Shown one piece after another: positions 12,585 to 23,436 of a stretch of 64,000 nucleotides of DNA. Source of the DNA: an uncultured Gemmatimonadaceae bacterium (GTDB lineage: Bacteria > Gemmatimonadota > Gemmatimonadetes > Gemmatimonadales > Gemmatimonadaceae); assembly GCA_963843845.1 (NCBI GenBank), contig CAWJMB010000002.1, positions 1,536,001-1,600,000 of the forward strand. Direction: 5' to 3'. Under the pieces are notes generated by a model. It saw only the letters and a program-made list of their open reading frames with translations, ran no database searches and was not told where the DNA came from. Positions within the stretch are counted from its first letter, which is position 1. Each line of letters opens with the position of its first letter. The position numbers were made by a program, and so were the translations under genes.

Positions 12585-12588
12585 GATC

Positions 12589-13059
12589 GTGGCCGACATG
12601 AGTGAGAAGATCGGGCTGCACAACCTGACGCCCGCGCCAGGCTCGCACCGCGACCGGAAGCGCCTTGGGCGCGGTCCGGGGTCGGGGACCGGCAAGACGT
12701 CAGGCAAGGGCCATAAGGGCTCGATGGCGCGCGCCGGACATGGCGGACCAGGCGGTGGCAAGCCTGGCTTCGAGGGCGGCCAGATGCCGCTGTCGCGCCG
12801 GTTGCCGAAGCGCGGGTTCAACAACACGCAGTTCCGCATCGAGAACCAGGAAGTGCGCCTCGGCGACCTCGAAGCGCTCGGGATGGACGAGATCTCGACC
12901 GACGCGATCGTGACGGCCGGGCTCGCGCGAGCGAACAAGGGGCCGGTGAAGGTTCTGTCGAACGGCACCGTGTCGCGTGCGATCACGGTGCGCGGCCTCA
13001 AGGTCAGCGCCGGCGCGAAGGCGAAGATCGAGGCAGCCGGCGGCCGCGTCGAAGCGTAG
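12589..13059 (+). CDS. rplO: 50S ribosomal protein L15
   Basis: RLGRGPGSGTGKTSGKGHKG, FEGGQMPLSRRLPKRGF. Confidence 0.98.
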   Translation: MADMSEKIGLHNLTPAPGSHRDRKRLGRGPGSGTGKTSGKGHKGSMARAGHGGPGGGKPGFEGGQMPLSRRLPKRGFNNTQFRIENQEVRLGDLEALGMDEISTDAIVTAGLARANKGPVKVLSNGTVSRAITVRGLKVSAGAKAKIEAAGGRVEA

Positions 13060-13067
13060 TATTCACC

Positions 13068-14411
13068 ATGGCCCAGGCTAATCCGGCGGCAGCGATCGCC
13101 AACATCTACCGCACCCCGGAACTCTGGCAGAAGATCGTCTTCACGTTCGTCTGCCTGCTGATCTACCGGGCCGGTGCGCACATCACGGCGCCTGGGGTCG
13201 ACGTCCAGGCGCTGACCGACTACTTCGCCACGCAGCAGGGTGGCGGGGGGCTGCTCGGGCTGTACGATCTGTTCGTCGGTGGCGGGCTGTCGAGGGCGAC
13301 CGTGTTCGCCCTCGGCATCATGCCGTACATCTCGGCCAGCATCTTCACGCAGATCGCCGGGGCAGTCGTCCCGACGGTCGACAAGATGCAGAAGGACGAG
13401 GAAGGGCGGAAACGCCTCAATCAGTGGACGCGCTACATCACGGTCGGCCTCGCCGCCGTTCAGGCGTACGGCTTCGCGCTGTTCACGCAGTCGCTGCCGA
13501 ACGCCGTGGTGCGCCCCGGATTCGGGTTCATGGTCCAGATGATCCTGGTGCTCACGACCGGGGCCCTGTTCGTGATGTGGCTCGGTGAGCAGATCACGGA
13601 GCGGGGCATCGGCAACGGGGCGTCGCTGCTGATCTTCTTCTCGATCATCGAGCGGTTCTGGCCGGGGATCTTCCAGACGTTCCAGTTCGTGTCGACGGGT
13701 GCGCTCAACGTGCTCGCGCTCGTGATCCTGGGCGTCGTCATGGTGGCCGTCGTCGCCGGTGTCATCGCGATCACGGTCGCGGCGCGCCGCGTGGTGGTGC
13801 AGATCCCGCAGCGGACGATGGCGCGCGGTCGCATGCGCGAGGCGACGAAGAACTTCATCCCGCTCCGCATCAATACGGCGGGCGTCATGCCGATCATCTT
13901 CGCGCAGTCGGTGATCGTCGTGCCGGGAGCGCTGGGCCAGTTCTTCGGCACGCAGTTCCCGTTCTTGCAGACGTTCGCGGAGTACTTCACGCCGCCGTCG
14001 CCGCTGTACTTCGTGCTCATGGCGATCCTGATCCTCGTGTTCACGTACTTCTACACGGCGATCATCTTCAATCCTGTCGACCTCGCGGAGAACCTGAAGA
14101 AGCAGGGCGGGTTCGTGCCGGGGGTGAAGCCGGGTGCCAAGACGGCGGAATACATCGACGCGGTCGTCACGCGGATCACGCTTCCCGGCGCGATCTTCCT
14201 CACGATCATCGCGCTCATGCCGATCGTGATCGGTCAGATGCTGAACGTGCCGTTCCAGTTCGGGGGGACGTCGCTGCTCATCGTCGTCGGCGTCGCGCTC
14301 GACACGATGACGCAGATGCAGCAGCATCTGCTGCTCCGCAAGTACGACGGCTTCATGAAGAAGGGGCGCGTTCGCTACCGAGGGCGTAGTCAGGCGACTG
14401 GCGGGTTCTAA
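13068..14411 (+). CDS. secY: Preprotein translocase subunit SecY
   Basis: FALGIMPYISASI, WLGEQITERGIGNGAS, AGVMPIIFAQS, FGGTSLLIVVGV. Confidence 0.99.
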   Translation: MAQANPAAAIANIYRTPELWQKIVFTFVCLLIYRAGAHITAPGVDVQALTDYFATQQGGGGLLGLYDLFVGGGLSRATVFALGIMPYISASIFTQIAGAVVPTVDKMQKDEEGRKRLNQWTRYITVGLAAVQAYGFALFTQSLPNAVVRPGFGFMVQMILVLTTGALFVMWLGEQITERGIGNGASLLIFFSIIERFWPGIFQTFQFVSTGALNVLALVILGVVMVAVVAGVIAITVAARRVVVQIPQRTMARGRMREATKNFIPLRINTAGVMPIIFAQSVIVVPGALGQFFGTQFPFLQTFAEYFTPPSPLYFVLMAILILVFTYFYTAIIFNPVDLAENLKKQGGFVPGVKPGAKTAEYIDAVVTRITLPGAIFLTIIALMPIVIGQMLNVPFQFGGTSLLIVVGVALDTMTQMQQHLLLRKYDGFMKKGRVRYRGRSQATGGF

Positions 14412-14414
14412 TCC

Positions 14415-14500
14415 ACTGCCGGGGGTCGGGGATCGGGGATCGGGGATCGGGAGCAGGCAGCTTTCGGATCCCCGATCCCATATCCCCGATCCCCGACTCT
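14415..14500. repeat. Palindromic element built from GGGGATC heptamer repeats; possible terminator or RNA hairpin
   Basis: GTCGGGGATCGGGGATCGGGGATCGGGAGC pairs with GCTTTCGGATCCCCGATCCCATATCCCCGATCCCCGAC; followed by a T-rich tract. Confidence 0.8.
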
Positions 14501-14508
14501 TTTCTCTC

Positions 14509-15150
14509 ATGGTCATCGTTCTCTTCGGAAAGCCCGGCGCCGGGAAGGGCACGCAGGCGCCGCGTCTGGCGGAGTCCTTAGGCGCTCCGATCCTCGCGAC
14601 AGGAGACGTGCTGCGCGCAGCTCGGCGGGCGGGAACGCCGCTCGGGCTCGAGGCGCAGGCGTACATGGACCGCGGCGCGCTCGTGCCGGACAGCGTGATC
14701 CTGGGGATCGTCAAGGAAACGCTCGCGACCCCGCAGTTCGCGGGGGGCGCCGTGCTCGACGGGGTCGTGCGCACCGTGCCACAGGCCGAAGGGCTCGAGC
14801 GCGTACTGCGCGAGCTCGGGCGGAAGCTCGACGCGGTCCTCGTGTTCGACATCGACGACGAGGAGATCGTGCGGCGCATCAGCGGTCGAGTCATCTGCGA
14901 CGCCTGTCAGACTCCGTTCACCGGGTTCGCGCCCGGCGATCCGTGCCCCAAACCGGAGCACGACGGCGGTCACCTGCTCCGTCGTAAAGACGACGAGCCG
15001 GAAGCGGTTCGCACTCGGCTCGACGTGTACCGTGCTCAGACGCTGCCGGTGCTCGACTGGTATGCCAGTAATGGCGCGAAGGTGTGTAAGATCGACGCCG
15101 TCGGGTCGGTCGACGAGGTGACGCAGCGCGCCATGGCGTGCGTGGGATAG
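14509..15150 (+). CDS. adk: Adenylate kinase
   Basis: GKPGAGKGTQA P-loop, TGDVLR, LDGVVRT, RKDD; follows secY. Confidence 0.97.
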   Translation: MVIVLFGKPGAGKGTQAPRLAESLGAPILATGDVLRAARRAGTPLGLEAQAYMDRGALVPDSVILGIVKETLATPQFAGGAVLDGVVRTVPQAEGLERVLRELGRKLDAVLVFDIDDEEIVRRISGRVICDACQTPFTGFAPGDPCPKPEHDGGHLLRRKDDEPEAVRTRLDVYRAQTLPVLDWYASNGAKVCKIDAVGSVDEVTQRAMACVG

Positions 15151-15162
15151 GCTGAGGCGATC

Positions 15163-15948
15163 GTGGGAACGATTCAGCTCAAGAGCGCGCGCGAGATCGA
15201 GACGATGGCGCGCGGTGGGCGCATTCTCGCCGGCGCGCTCGCGCTGCTGCGACGCGAGGTGCGCCCCGGCCTGACGACACTCGACCTCGACACGCTCGCA
15301 GAAGATTTCATCCGCTCGCACAGCGGTGCGGTGCCCGCGTTCAAGGGGCTGTACGGCTTCCCCGGCAGCGCCTGCGTCTCGATGAACAACGAGATCGTGC
15401 ACGGGATCCCGTCGAAGAAGCGCGTGCTCGTCGAGGGCGACATCGTGACGGTCGATATCGGCGTGAAATTCGAAGGCTACTTCACCGACGCCGCCGAGAC
15501 CGTCGGCGTCGGCGCGATCTCGGCGGGGGATCAGCGGCTGCTCGACGTGACGCGGGAGTCGTTGTACGCGGGGATCGACGCCGCGCGGCCGGGAAACCAC
15601 ATCGGCGACATCGGCCACGCCGTGCAGACGATCGTCGAGCGTGCGGGGTTCAGCGTCGTGCGTGAGCTCGTGGGGCACGGCGTCGGCACGGGGCCGCACG
15701 AGGAGCCGCAAGTGCCGAACTACGGCAAGCCGAAGCGCGGCACGAAGCTGTCACCCGGGCTCACGATCGCGATCGAGCCGATGGTGAATGCCGGGCTCCC
15801 GGGTACGCGCACGCTGCCGGACAAGTGGACCGTGGTGACGATCGACGGCAAGCGCTCGGCGCACTTCGAGCACACGGTCGCGGTGACCGAACAGGGGCCG
15901 CGCGTGCTGACGCGGCTCGACGACGTACTCAGCGCGTCGGCGGCCTAA
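15163..15948 (+). CDS. map: Type I methionine aminopeptidase
   Basis: NNEIVHGIP, GHGVG...HEEP, IAIEPM, SAHFEHT. Confidence 0.98.
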   Translation: MGTIQLKSAREIETMARGGRILAGALALLRREVRPGLTTLDLDTLAEDFIRSHSGAVPAFKGLYGFPGSACVSMNNEIVHGIPSKKRVLVEGDIVTVDIGVKFEGYFTDAAETVGVGAISAGDQRLLDVTRESLYAGIDAARPGNHIGDIGHAVQTIVERAGFSVVRELVGHGVGTGPHEEPQVPNYGKPKRGTKLSPGLTIAIEPMVNAGLPGTRTLPDKWTVVTIDGKRSAHFEHTVAVTEQGPRVLTRLDDVLSASAA

Positions 15949-15996
15949 CGGATCGCTCGGCGGGTGGACTGCCGGCCGGAGCGGGCGCCGGGCGGC

Positions 15997-17527
15997 TCAT
16001 CCGCCTAACGCCCGCTCGACCGCAGCCTGCGCCGCGCCCGACGCGCGCTCGGCGCGGTCGAGCGCGGCGCGGCCGGCCTCGACGAGTGGAGCGCCGACAG
16101 CGCGGTCGCTCAGCGCGACGACGTTGACGCGCACGTTGTAGAGCGCGCCGCGACAGGCCGCCTCCGCGAGCAGCGCGGCGACGCCGGCGTCGGTCACGGC
16201 GTTCGTGTTCCCGCGCTCGGCGACGACCGCGGCCAGCTCTGCGACGTCGGCCGACGCCTGGGCGGTCTCCAGGGGCACACGTGCGGCGCCGATCAGCGCG
16301 CTCTGGATCGCCGCGTCGCGCGAGCCGCCAGCGTCGGCCGGGTCGCTCTGGAGCTTGTAGGCCGCGCTCACCGCTTCGTAGGCCTGGGCGTCCGCGGCGA
16401 CGAGCGCGGCGAGGCGGTTGCCGAGCGCCGCGGCGCGCAGCGCGAGGTCGCGCATCTCGGCGTCGACGGCCGCGTACTTCTTCTTGCCGACCGTGAGGCC
16501 GGCGACCATCTGCGCGAGCGCGGCGCCGAGCGCGCCGGCGTGCGCGGCGACGCTGCCGCCGCCGGGCGTCGGCGCCGGCGCGGCGACCGATGCGACGAAG
16601 CCGCTCAGCGACGTGCCTCCCTGCACGGCCTCGCGCACGCGGTGCTCGAGGATCATCGCCCGCGAGAAGCCGCGCAGCTGCACGTGCCGCGCGCCCGCCT
16701 CGAGGAGCACGCGCTCGGGCACGAGCCCCACGAGCTCGCTCCACGTCGTCGCGACGCCGTGCGCCGCGGCCTCCTTCCGCACCATCTCGAACGCGCGGTA
16801 CATCGGCGTCCGCTCGGTGTCGACGAGGTTCATCGAGACCTGCGCCTGGCCGTCGACCTCGAGGCCGAGCCCCTTCACGTAGCGCAGCCCGCCGGACGAT
16901 CCGCGCACCGCCTTCGCGACCTCCTTGGCGACCGGCAGGTTGGACGCGGGGCCGAGGTAGACGTTGTAGGCGACGAGGAAGGGGCGCGCGCCGACGACGG
17001 TCGCGCCGGCGGTGGGGTGGATGCGCGCGGCGCCGAAGTCGGGGACCCGGCTCGCGTTCGTCTCGATCTCGGCGCGCATCCCCTCGAACTCGCCGCGGCG
17101 GACGTCCGCGAGGTTCTCGCGGTCGGGTCGGGTCGCCGCGCGCTCGTAGAGGTAGACCGGGATCGCGAGCTCGCGTGCGACGCGCTCGCCGAGCGCGCGC
17201 GCGAGCGAGATGCAGTCGTGCATCGTGCTTCCCCACGCCTCGAGCGGCACGAACGGCACGACGTCCGTCGCGCCGAGCCGCGGGTGCTCGCCCTGGTGGC
17301 TCGTGAGGTCGATCAGCTCGGCCGCCTTCGCGATCCCCGCGAACGCGGCGTCGACGGCAGAGTCGATCGTGGCGACGAACGTGACGACCGTGCGGTTGTG
17401 CGAGGCGTCGGACGAGACGTCGAGGATCGTCGCGCCGCTCACCGCGGCGATGGCGTCGCGGATGGCGGCGACGACCTCGGGGCGGCGCCCTTCGCTGAAG
17501 TTGGGGACGCACTCGATCGAGCTTCAT
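15997..17527 (-). CDS. ftcD: Bifunctional glutamate formiminotransferase / formiminotetrahydrofolate cyclodeaminase (frameshift in first codons)
   Basis: ECVPNFSEGR, HNRTVVT, HQGEHPRLGATDVVPF; C-terminal PTPGGGSVAA cyclodeaminase domain. Confidence 0.93.
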
Positions 17528-17563
17528 GGCGCGCGGGAGGAGAGATAGTGGGCGAGCGGCGCC

Positions 17564-18402
17564 TCACGCGGAGGCCAGCGCAGCGTCTCCATCAGCCACG
17601 CGTGCATCGCCGGGCTCCCGGCGACGAGCCCGATGTGCGCGACGCGTGCGGGGGCGCCGTCGAGGTCGGTGACGACGCCGCCGGCCTCGCGCACGATGAC
17701 GAGGCCGGCGGCGATGTCCCACGGGAGAGAGCGTCAGCTCCCAGAAGGCGTCGAAGCGTCCGCAGGCCACGTCGCAGAGGTCGAGCGCGGCGGCGCCGGG
17801 GCGGCGGATGCCGGCCGTGGCGCGCGTGATCGCCGCGAAGTGGCGCAGGTACTCGTCGATGCGTCCGACGTTCTTGAACGGGAAGCCGGTGCCGACGAGC
17901 GCGCGGGCTGGGTCGGTGTTGCTCGTCACCCGGATCGGCTCGCGGGCGGCGTCGGGGCCGTCGCCCGTGACGCGCCACGCGCCGGCGCCGGCCGCGGCGG
18001 CGAACGTCTCGCCGGTCGGCACGTTGCGCACGACGCCGGCGAACGGCTCGCCGCCCGCGACCGCGCCGATCGATACGGCGTACCACGGGAACCCGTGCAG
18101 GAAGTTCGTCGTGCCGTCGAGCGGGTCGACGACGAATGCGAGACCGCCGGTGCCTAACGACGCGAGCGACGTCGCGGGATCGTAGCTCTCCTCGCCGATG
18201 AACGCGGCGCCCGGGTACGCGCCGAGCAGCGCGTCGCGCACGATCTGCTCGGCGCCGCGGTCGACGTCGCTCACGAAGTCGGCGGGGCCTTTGTGCTCCC
18301 ACGTCAGCTCGGGCAGGCGCGAGCGCCTGCGCCGCGATGAACTCCGCGGCGGCGGTCGCAGCGCTCGCAGGTCGCGAGGAGCGCGTCGACATCGACGGGC
18401 AC
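17564..18402 (-). CDS. suhB: Inositol monophosphatase family protein (frameshifts; ends approximate)
   Basis: IGEE, VDPLDGTTNFLHG, RRPGAAALDLCDVACGRFDAFWE; WDIAAG continues in another frame. Confidence 0.9.
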
Positions 18403-18455
18403 GTCGGCAGCGCCGTCGCCTTGTTGCGCTTCCTGGGCGATTCTACCTTGCGCGG

Positions 18456-19446
18456 ATGGCACAGATCTTCAGCGGCATCCAGCCGTCGGGGGAGCTGCAC
18501 ATCGGGAACTACCTCGGTGCGGTGAAGAACTGGGTGCAGCTGCAGGCGCAGTACCCGGGCGCGATCTTCTGCATCGTCGACTACCACGCGATCACCGGCG
18601 CGTACGACCCGGCGGTGCTGCGCGCGCGGCGGCGCGAGATGGCCGTGTCGCTGCTCGCCGCAGGAATCGACCCGGCGCAGGCGACGCTCTTCTTGCAGAG
18701 CGCGGTGCCGGAACATACCGAGCTCGCCTGGATCTTCAACACGATCACGCCGCTCGGCGAGCTCGAGCGGCAGACGCAGTACAAGGACAAGGCGTCCCGG
18801 CAGGAGAGCGTCGCCACGGGCATCCTCACGTACCCGGTGCTGCAGGCCGCGGACATCCTGCTGTATCGCGGCGACGCCGTGCCGGTGGGCGAGGATCAGG
18901 TGCAGCACCTCGAGCTGTCGCGCGAGATCGCGCGGAAGTGGAACGCGCGGTTCGCGCGCGACGACGCGCCGTACTTCCCCGAGCCGAAGGCGCTGCTCAC
19001 GCCGACGCGCCGCATCATGGGGCTCGACGGGCAGGCGAAGATGTCGAAGTCGCTCGGCAACACGATCGGCCTGCTGGAGTCGCGCGACGAGATCTGGGCG
19101 AAGCTGCGTCCGGCGGTGACCGACCCGGCGCGCGTCCGCAAGACCGATCCGGGGACGCCGGAGGTGTGCAACATCTATCATCTCCACAAGGCGTTCATCT
19201 CCGCCGCCGACGGTCGACGAGGTCGCGGAGAAGTGCCGTACTGCGGGCTGGGGATGCATCGAGTGCAAACAGGTGCTGCTCGAGCACGCCGACGCCGAGC
19301 TGACGCCGATCCGCGCGCGGGCCGACGCGATGCGCGACATGCCCGAGCTGGTACGCGATGCGCTCGATGCCGGCGCGGCGCGGTGCCGCAGCATCGCCGG
19401 GGCGACGATCGCGCACGTCAAGGATGCGATGGGGCTGACCGACTGA
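18456..19446 (+). CDS. trpS: Tryptophanyl-tRNA synthetase (frameshift near 19205)
   Basis: FSGIQPSGELHIGNYLG, YPVLQAADIL, VPVGEDQ, KMSKS. Confidence 0.96.
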
Positions 19447-19510
19447 GTGAGGCGGGTCGCATGGCTCTTGCTCTCGTCGGAGCATTCACCTTTCAGCGAG
19501 AGCGCGAGCC

Positions 19511-19849
19511 ATGGACCGAGTCGAGCACGACGACCGCGACGATGAGCAGCCTGTGGGACACGAGGCGAGTGGCGACGCGCTTCGGCGCGAGATGGCGAAG
19601 CCGACGATCGAGTCGGTGACGACGATGGTGTGTCTCACGTGCGGCGCCGAGCAGTTCTTCGAGCAGGCGGTGCCGGCGCACCTGACGTGTGCCACGTGCG
19701 GCGGCTCGGTGTTCCGGACGTTCGACACGCCGACGGAACGCGATGAGGCAACGATCGCCCACCTCGAAGAAGAGGCGCGGAGCATTCAGCTCGGAGACTC
19801 GTCGCCGCAGACCGCACCGGACGACGTGCGCGACCTCGAAATCGGGTAG
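19511..19849 (+). CDS. Small acidic hypothetical protein with CxxC...CxxC zinc ribbon
   Basis: CLTCG...CATCGGSVFR; clean ORF between trpS and the pilT-like gene. Confidence 0.7.
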   Translation: MDRVEHDDRDDEQPVGHEASGDALRREMAKPTIESVTTMVCLTCGAEQFFEQAVPAHLTCATCGGSVFRTFDTPTERDEATIAHLEEEARSIQLGDSSPQTAPDDVRDLEIG

Positions 19850-20004
19850 GGCGAGGGGCGCGGGCGTGCGGCGTCGCGTCGCCACGGCGACCTCCGCACG
19901 GTTTTGAGACCGCCGACAGGCGCCGCTCGTCTCATGCTGATGGCGCGATCGGCGCGGCCGACCTCGGGCGCCTGGTCGCGCACACTGCGCCTGGAGAGCC
20001 TGTC

Positions 20005-21159
20005 GTGGAGAAGATTCTGCGCGCCGCCGTCGAGCGTGGCGCTTCCGACCTGCACATTCGCGCCGGCGACGTGTTCCGCGCCCGCATCGACGGCCGGCTC
20101 GTGCCGCTCACGCGTCAGGCGCTGACCGCGGACCAGACACGCTCGATCGCGCTCGGGCTGCTGCCGACCGACGCCGACCGGCTGCGGATCGACGAGCTCA
20201 CCGACTTCGACTGCTCGTGGGCGGCGCCGGCGTTAGGCCGCTTCCGCGTGAACGTGATGCGGCAGCGCGGCGCGCTCGCGATCGTCATGCGCCTCATTCC
20301 GATCGACGTGCCGACGTTCGACCGGCTCCGGCTGCCGCACGCCCTCCCGGGGATCGCGGAGGCGGAGCGCGGCATGGTGCTCGTCACGGGTGTGACGGGC
20401 TCCGGAAAGTCGAGCACGATGGCAGCGATGATCCGGCACATCAACGAGCGGTCGGAGAAGCACATCCTCACGCTCGAGAACCCGATCGAATTCCTGCACG
20501 GCGACGTACGCAGCGCCGTGACGCAGCGCGAGATCGGCGTCGACACCGACAGCTTCCGTTCCGGGCTGCGCGCGGCGCTGCGCCAGGACCCCGACGTCAT
20601 TCTCATCGGCGAGATGCGCGACGCGGAGACGGTCGACACGGCGATGAAGGCGGCCGAGACCGGGCACCTGCTCGTGTCGACGCTGCACACCCCCGACGCA
20701 CAGAGCACGATCCTCCGCATCATGGCGATGTTTCCACCCGAGGAGCAGCAGGTGGTCCGCCTGCGGCTCGCGGAGTCGCTCCATGCGGTCGTGTCGCAGC
20801 GATTGCTGCCGCGTGCGACGGGCAGCGGGCGTGTCGTCGCGGCCGAAGTCATGATCGTCACCGCGGCGATCCGTGACCTGATCGCCGAGGGGCGCGTGAG
20901 CGAGATCCGCGAGTTCATGGCCGAGGGGCGGATGCAGTACGGCATGCAGACGTTCGACCAGCATCTCGAGACGCTCGTGCGTTCCGGCGAGGTGGAGTAC
21001 GAGGTGGGGCTCGCCGCGGCGACCCGGCCGTCGGACTTCGCGCTGCGCTTCAAGATGCAGCCCCACCAGGGCTCGCCGGTCCCGCGCCCGGAGGGCGAAC
21101 CCGCCGGAGTCGGCGCGGGGTTGCCGTCGGGTGGTGAGTTCGACTTCTTGCAGGGGTGA
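20005..21159 (+). CDS. pilT: PilT/PilU family type IV pilus retraction ATPase
   Basis: ASDLHI, GVTGSGKSST, ENPIEF, LRQDPDVILIGEMRD, AETGHL, AIRDLI, GMQTFDQ. Confidence 0.9.
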   Translation: MEKILRAAVERGASDLHIRAGDVFRARIDGRLVPLTRQALTADQTRSIALGLLPTDADRLRIDELTDFDCSWAAPALGRFRVNVMRQRGALAIVMRLIPIDVPTFDRLRLPHALPGIAEAERGMVLVTGVTGSGKSSTMAAMIRHINERSEKHILTLENPIEFLHGDVRSAVTQREIGVDTDSFRSGLRAALRQDPDVILIGEMRDAETVDTAMKAAETGHLLVSTLHTPDAQSTILRIMAMFPPEEQQVVRLRLAESLHAVVSQRLLPRATGSGRVVAAEVMIVTAAIRDLIAEGRVSEIREFMAEGRMQYGMQTFDQHLETLVRSGEVEYEVGLAAATRPSDFALRFKMQPHQGSPVPRPEGEPAGVGAGLPSGGEFDFLQG

Positions 21160-21206
21160 CGGTCGGGCGGCGGGCGCCCGACGATCTCCTCTCTCTCGCT
21201 CTCGAC

Positions 21207-22126
21207 ATGCCTAACGTTCTGGGCGGCATCATGGCGCCGGTCACCTCGCCGTTCGACGCGGCGGGCGAGTTGGCGCTCGATCGCTTCGCGCGGCAGGTGC
21301 AGTACTATCTCGACACCGGGCTGTCGGGGGTGCTCGTGGCGGGATCGAGCGGAGAGGCGGCGCTGCTCGATGACGACGAACGGGTGCGGCTCCTCGACGC
21401 GGCGCGCGCGGTGGTGCCGACGGATCGGTGGCTGCTCGCCGGGATCGGCGGCGAATCGACGCGCGTCACCGTCCGCCGCGCACATGAGGCGGCGCGGGCC
21501 GGCGCGGACGCAGTGCTCGTCGTCGCGCCGCACTATTTCCAGCGGCGCATGAGCGACGCCGCGCTCGAGGCGCACTACCGGCGCGTGGCGGACGAGAGCC
21601 CGCTGCCGACGATGCTCTACAACGTGCCGGCGTACGCGCACCTCGTGCTCTCGCCCTCGCTCGTGCATCGCATGGCGGAGCACCCGAACGTGATCGGGAT
21701 GAAAGACAGTGCCGGCAACCTCGCCGTGCTCGCCGAGTACATGCAGGCGGCAGGCGACGGCTTCCGCGTATTGACCGGAAGCGGCCAGACGACGCGCGAG
21801 GCGCTCGTCGCGGGCGCGAGCGGGGGGATCCTCGCCGTGGCGCTGTTCGCGGCGCCGCTGGTCGTCGCGCTCGACGATGCCGTCCATTCGGGGAACGAGT
21901 CGGCGGCGGTCGCCCTCCAGATGCGCCTTGCGGCGCTCGCGAAGGGGATCGTCGCGGAGCTCGGACCGCCTGGGTTGAAGGCGGCGATGGACGTCGTCGG
22001 TCTCGAGGGGGGGCACCCCGGTCGCCGCTCCTGCCGCTCGACTCCGTCGAGCGCGATCGCGTCTCGGCGCTGCTCGCGGAGTGCGCGGTGCCGCGCGCCG
22101 AGCTGCACGCGGCGGCGCACGCCTGA
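21207..22126 (+). CDS. Dihydrodipicolinate synthase / class I aldolase family protein (frameshift near 22020)
   Basis: GSSGE, APHY, LYNVP, GMKDSAG Schiff-base lysine. Confidence 0.88.
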
Positions 22127-23344
22127 GTGACGACCGCTCCTGCGTCGCGGGAGCAGCGTGGCGAGACCGAGCGCGACAGGGCGGCACACGACACGTCTTC
22201 GAGCACGTCGCGCCACCTGGCAGCGATCGCGAGCGCGCCCCGGCCGGCGGGGGGTGAGGCCGAGGCGCGGGCTCGCCGCTACTGCGCGGAGCACCTCGCT
22301 GCGGCCGGTTTCTCGGTGCACGAGGCGCCGTTCACCTACTCGGCCAGCGTCGGGCGGTGGGGGATGCCGGTGGCCGGGATGCTGTGGGTGGCCACCCTCG
22401 GCGTCGCCACGGCGGTGGGGGCATGGGGGCACCCGCTCGCGGCACTCGGCGCGTTAGGCGCCTTCGCCGCGGCACTCCCGCTGCTGGCGCGGTGGGCCAC
22501 GCGCGGCGTGTTGCGGATGGGGTCGGAGCGGCGCGCCGCGACGAATCTCGTCGCCACGCGCGGCGACGCGGCACCCGACGTCTGGCTCGTCGCGCACCTC
22601 GACTCGAAGTCGCAGCCGGTGCCGATGGTCGCGCGTGTGGTCGGCGTCGGCGGGTCGGTGGTCGTGCTCGTGGTCGCGGCGCTCGTCGCGGTCGGCGCGG
22701 CGGTCGGCGCGGCGGTCGCAGGCGCGTGGCTGCCCCTCGCGGCGATCGGCGTCGTCCTCGCGTTGCCGGTGATCGCGAGCGTGATCGGCGCGCGATCGCC
22801 GGGCGCGCTCGACAACGCGTCGGGCGTCGTGGCGGTGCTGCTCGCCGCGTCCGAGGCGCTCGACGACGTGCCGCCCCTGCCGGCGTCGTGCGGCGTGCTG
22901 TTGACGAGCGCCGAGGAGCTGGGACTGGCGGGGGCGCGAGCGTGGGCGGACCAGATGCGCGCCGCGCGCCCGCAGCACGCGCCGTCACACGCGAGCGCCG
23001 CACGGCGCGCGGTCGCGTTGAACGTCGACGGCGTCGACGACGGCGGGCCGCTGCGCGTGATGATCGCCTCGCCGCTGCCACCGGAGGTCGAACGCGTGCT
23101 CGACGGCGGGCGCATCCGACGGCTCCGCGTGCCGCCGGGGGTGCTCGTCGACGCGATCGCGCTCGCCGAGGGCGGCTTCGCCGCGCTGACGCTCAGTCGC
23201 GGCACGCTGCGCACGCTCGGCCGCATCCACACGCCGCACGACTCGCTCGCGCAGTTGCGAGGGGACGGAATCCGCGACGCCGCGCGACTCCTGCGCCGAC
23301 TCGCGGCGGCGTGCGCGCTTGACCGGCCATCGACGGCGGGCTAA
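22127..23344 (+). CDS. M28 family peptidase, membrane-associated
   Basis: LVAHLDSK, GALDNASG, SAEELGLAGA, IHTPHD; internal hydrophobic segments. Confidence 0.82.
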   Translation: MTTAPASREQRGETERDRAAHDTSSSTSRHLAAIASAPRPAGGEAEARARRYCAEHLAAAGFSVHEAPFTYSASVGRWGMPVAGMLWVATLGVATAVGAWGHPLAALGALGAFAAALPLLARWATRGVLRMGSERRAATNLVATRGDAAPDVWLVAHLDSKSQPVPMVARVVGVGGSVVVLVVAALVAVGAAVGAAVAGAWLPLAAIGVVLALPVIASVIGARSPGALDNASGVVAVLLAASEALDDVPPLPASCGVLLTSAEELGLAGARAWADQMRAARPQHAPSHASAARRAVALNVDGVDDGGPLRVMIASPLPPEVERVLDGGRIRRLRVPPGVLVDAIALAEGGFAALTLSRGTLRTLGRIHTPHDSLAQLRGDGIRDAARLLRRLAAACALDRPSTAG

Positions 23345-23436
23345 GGTCTCGATAGAGCGTCGGTCGTGTGCGACGGACCCGCGCCGCCTCGACTGTCGCA
23401 CCGATCTCATGCCGATGGCTGACTGTCCCGCAGCGA

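Noticed and set aside
12204..14894. Long antisense or alternate-frame ORFs (also 51586-54396, 25441-27756, 58892-61465)
   Set aside because: Shadow ORFs caused by stop-codon scarcity in GC-rich DNA; Arg/Ala/Pro-rich, no motifs, overlap real genes
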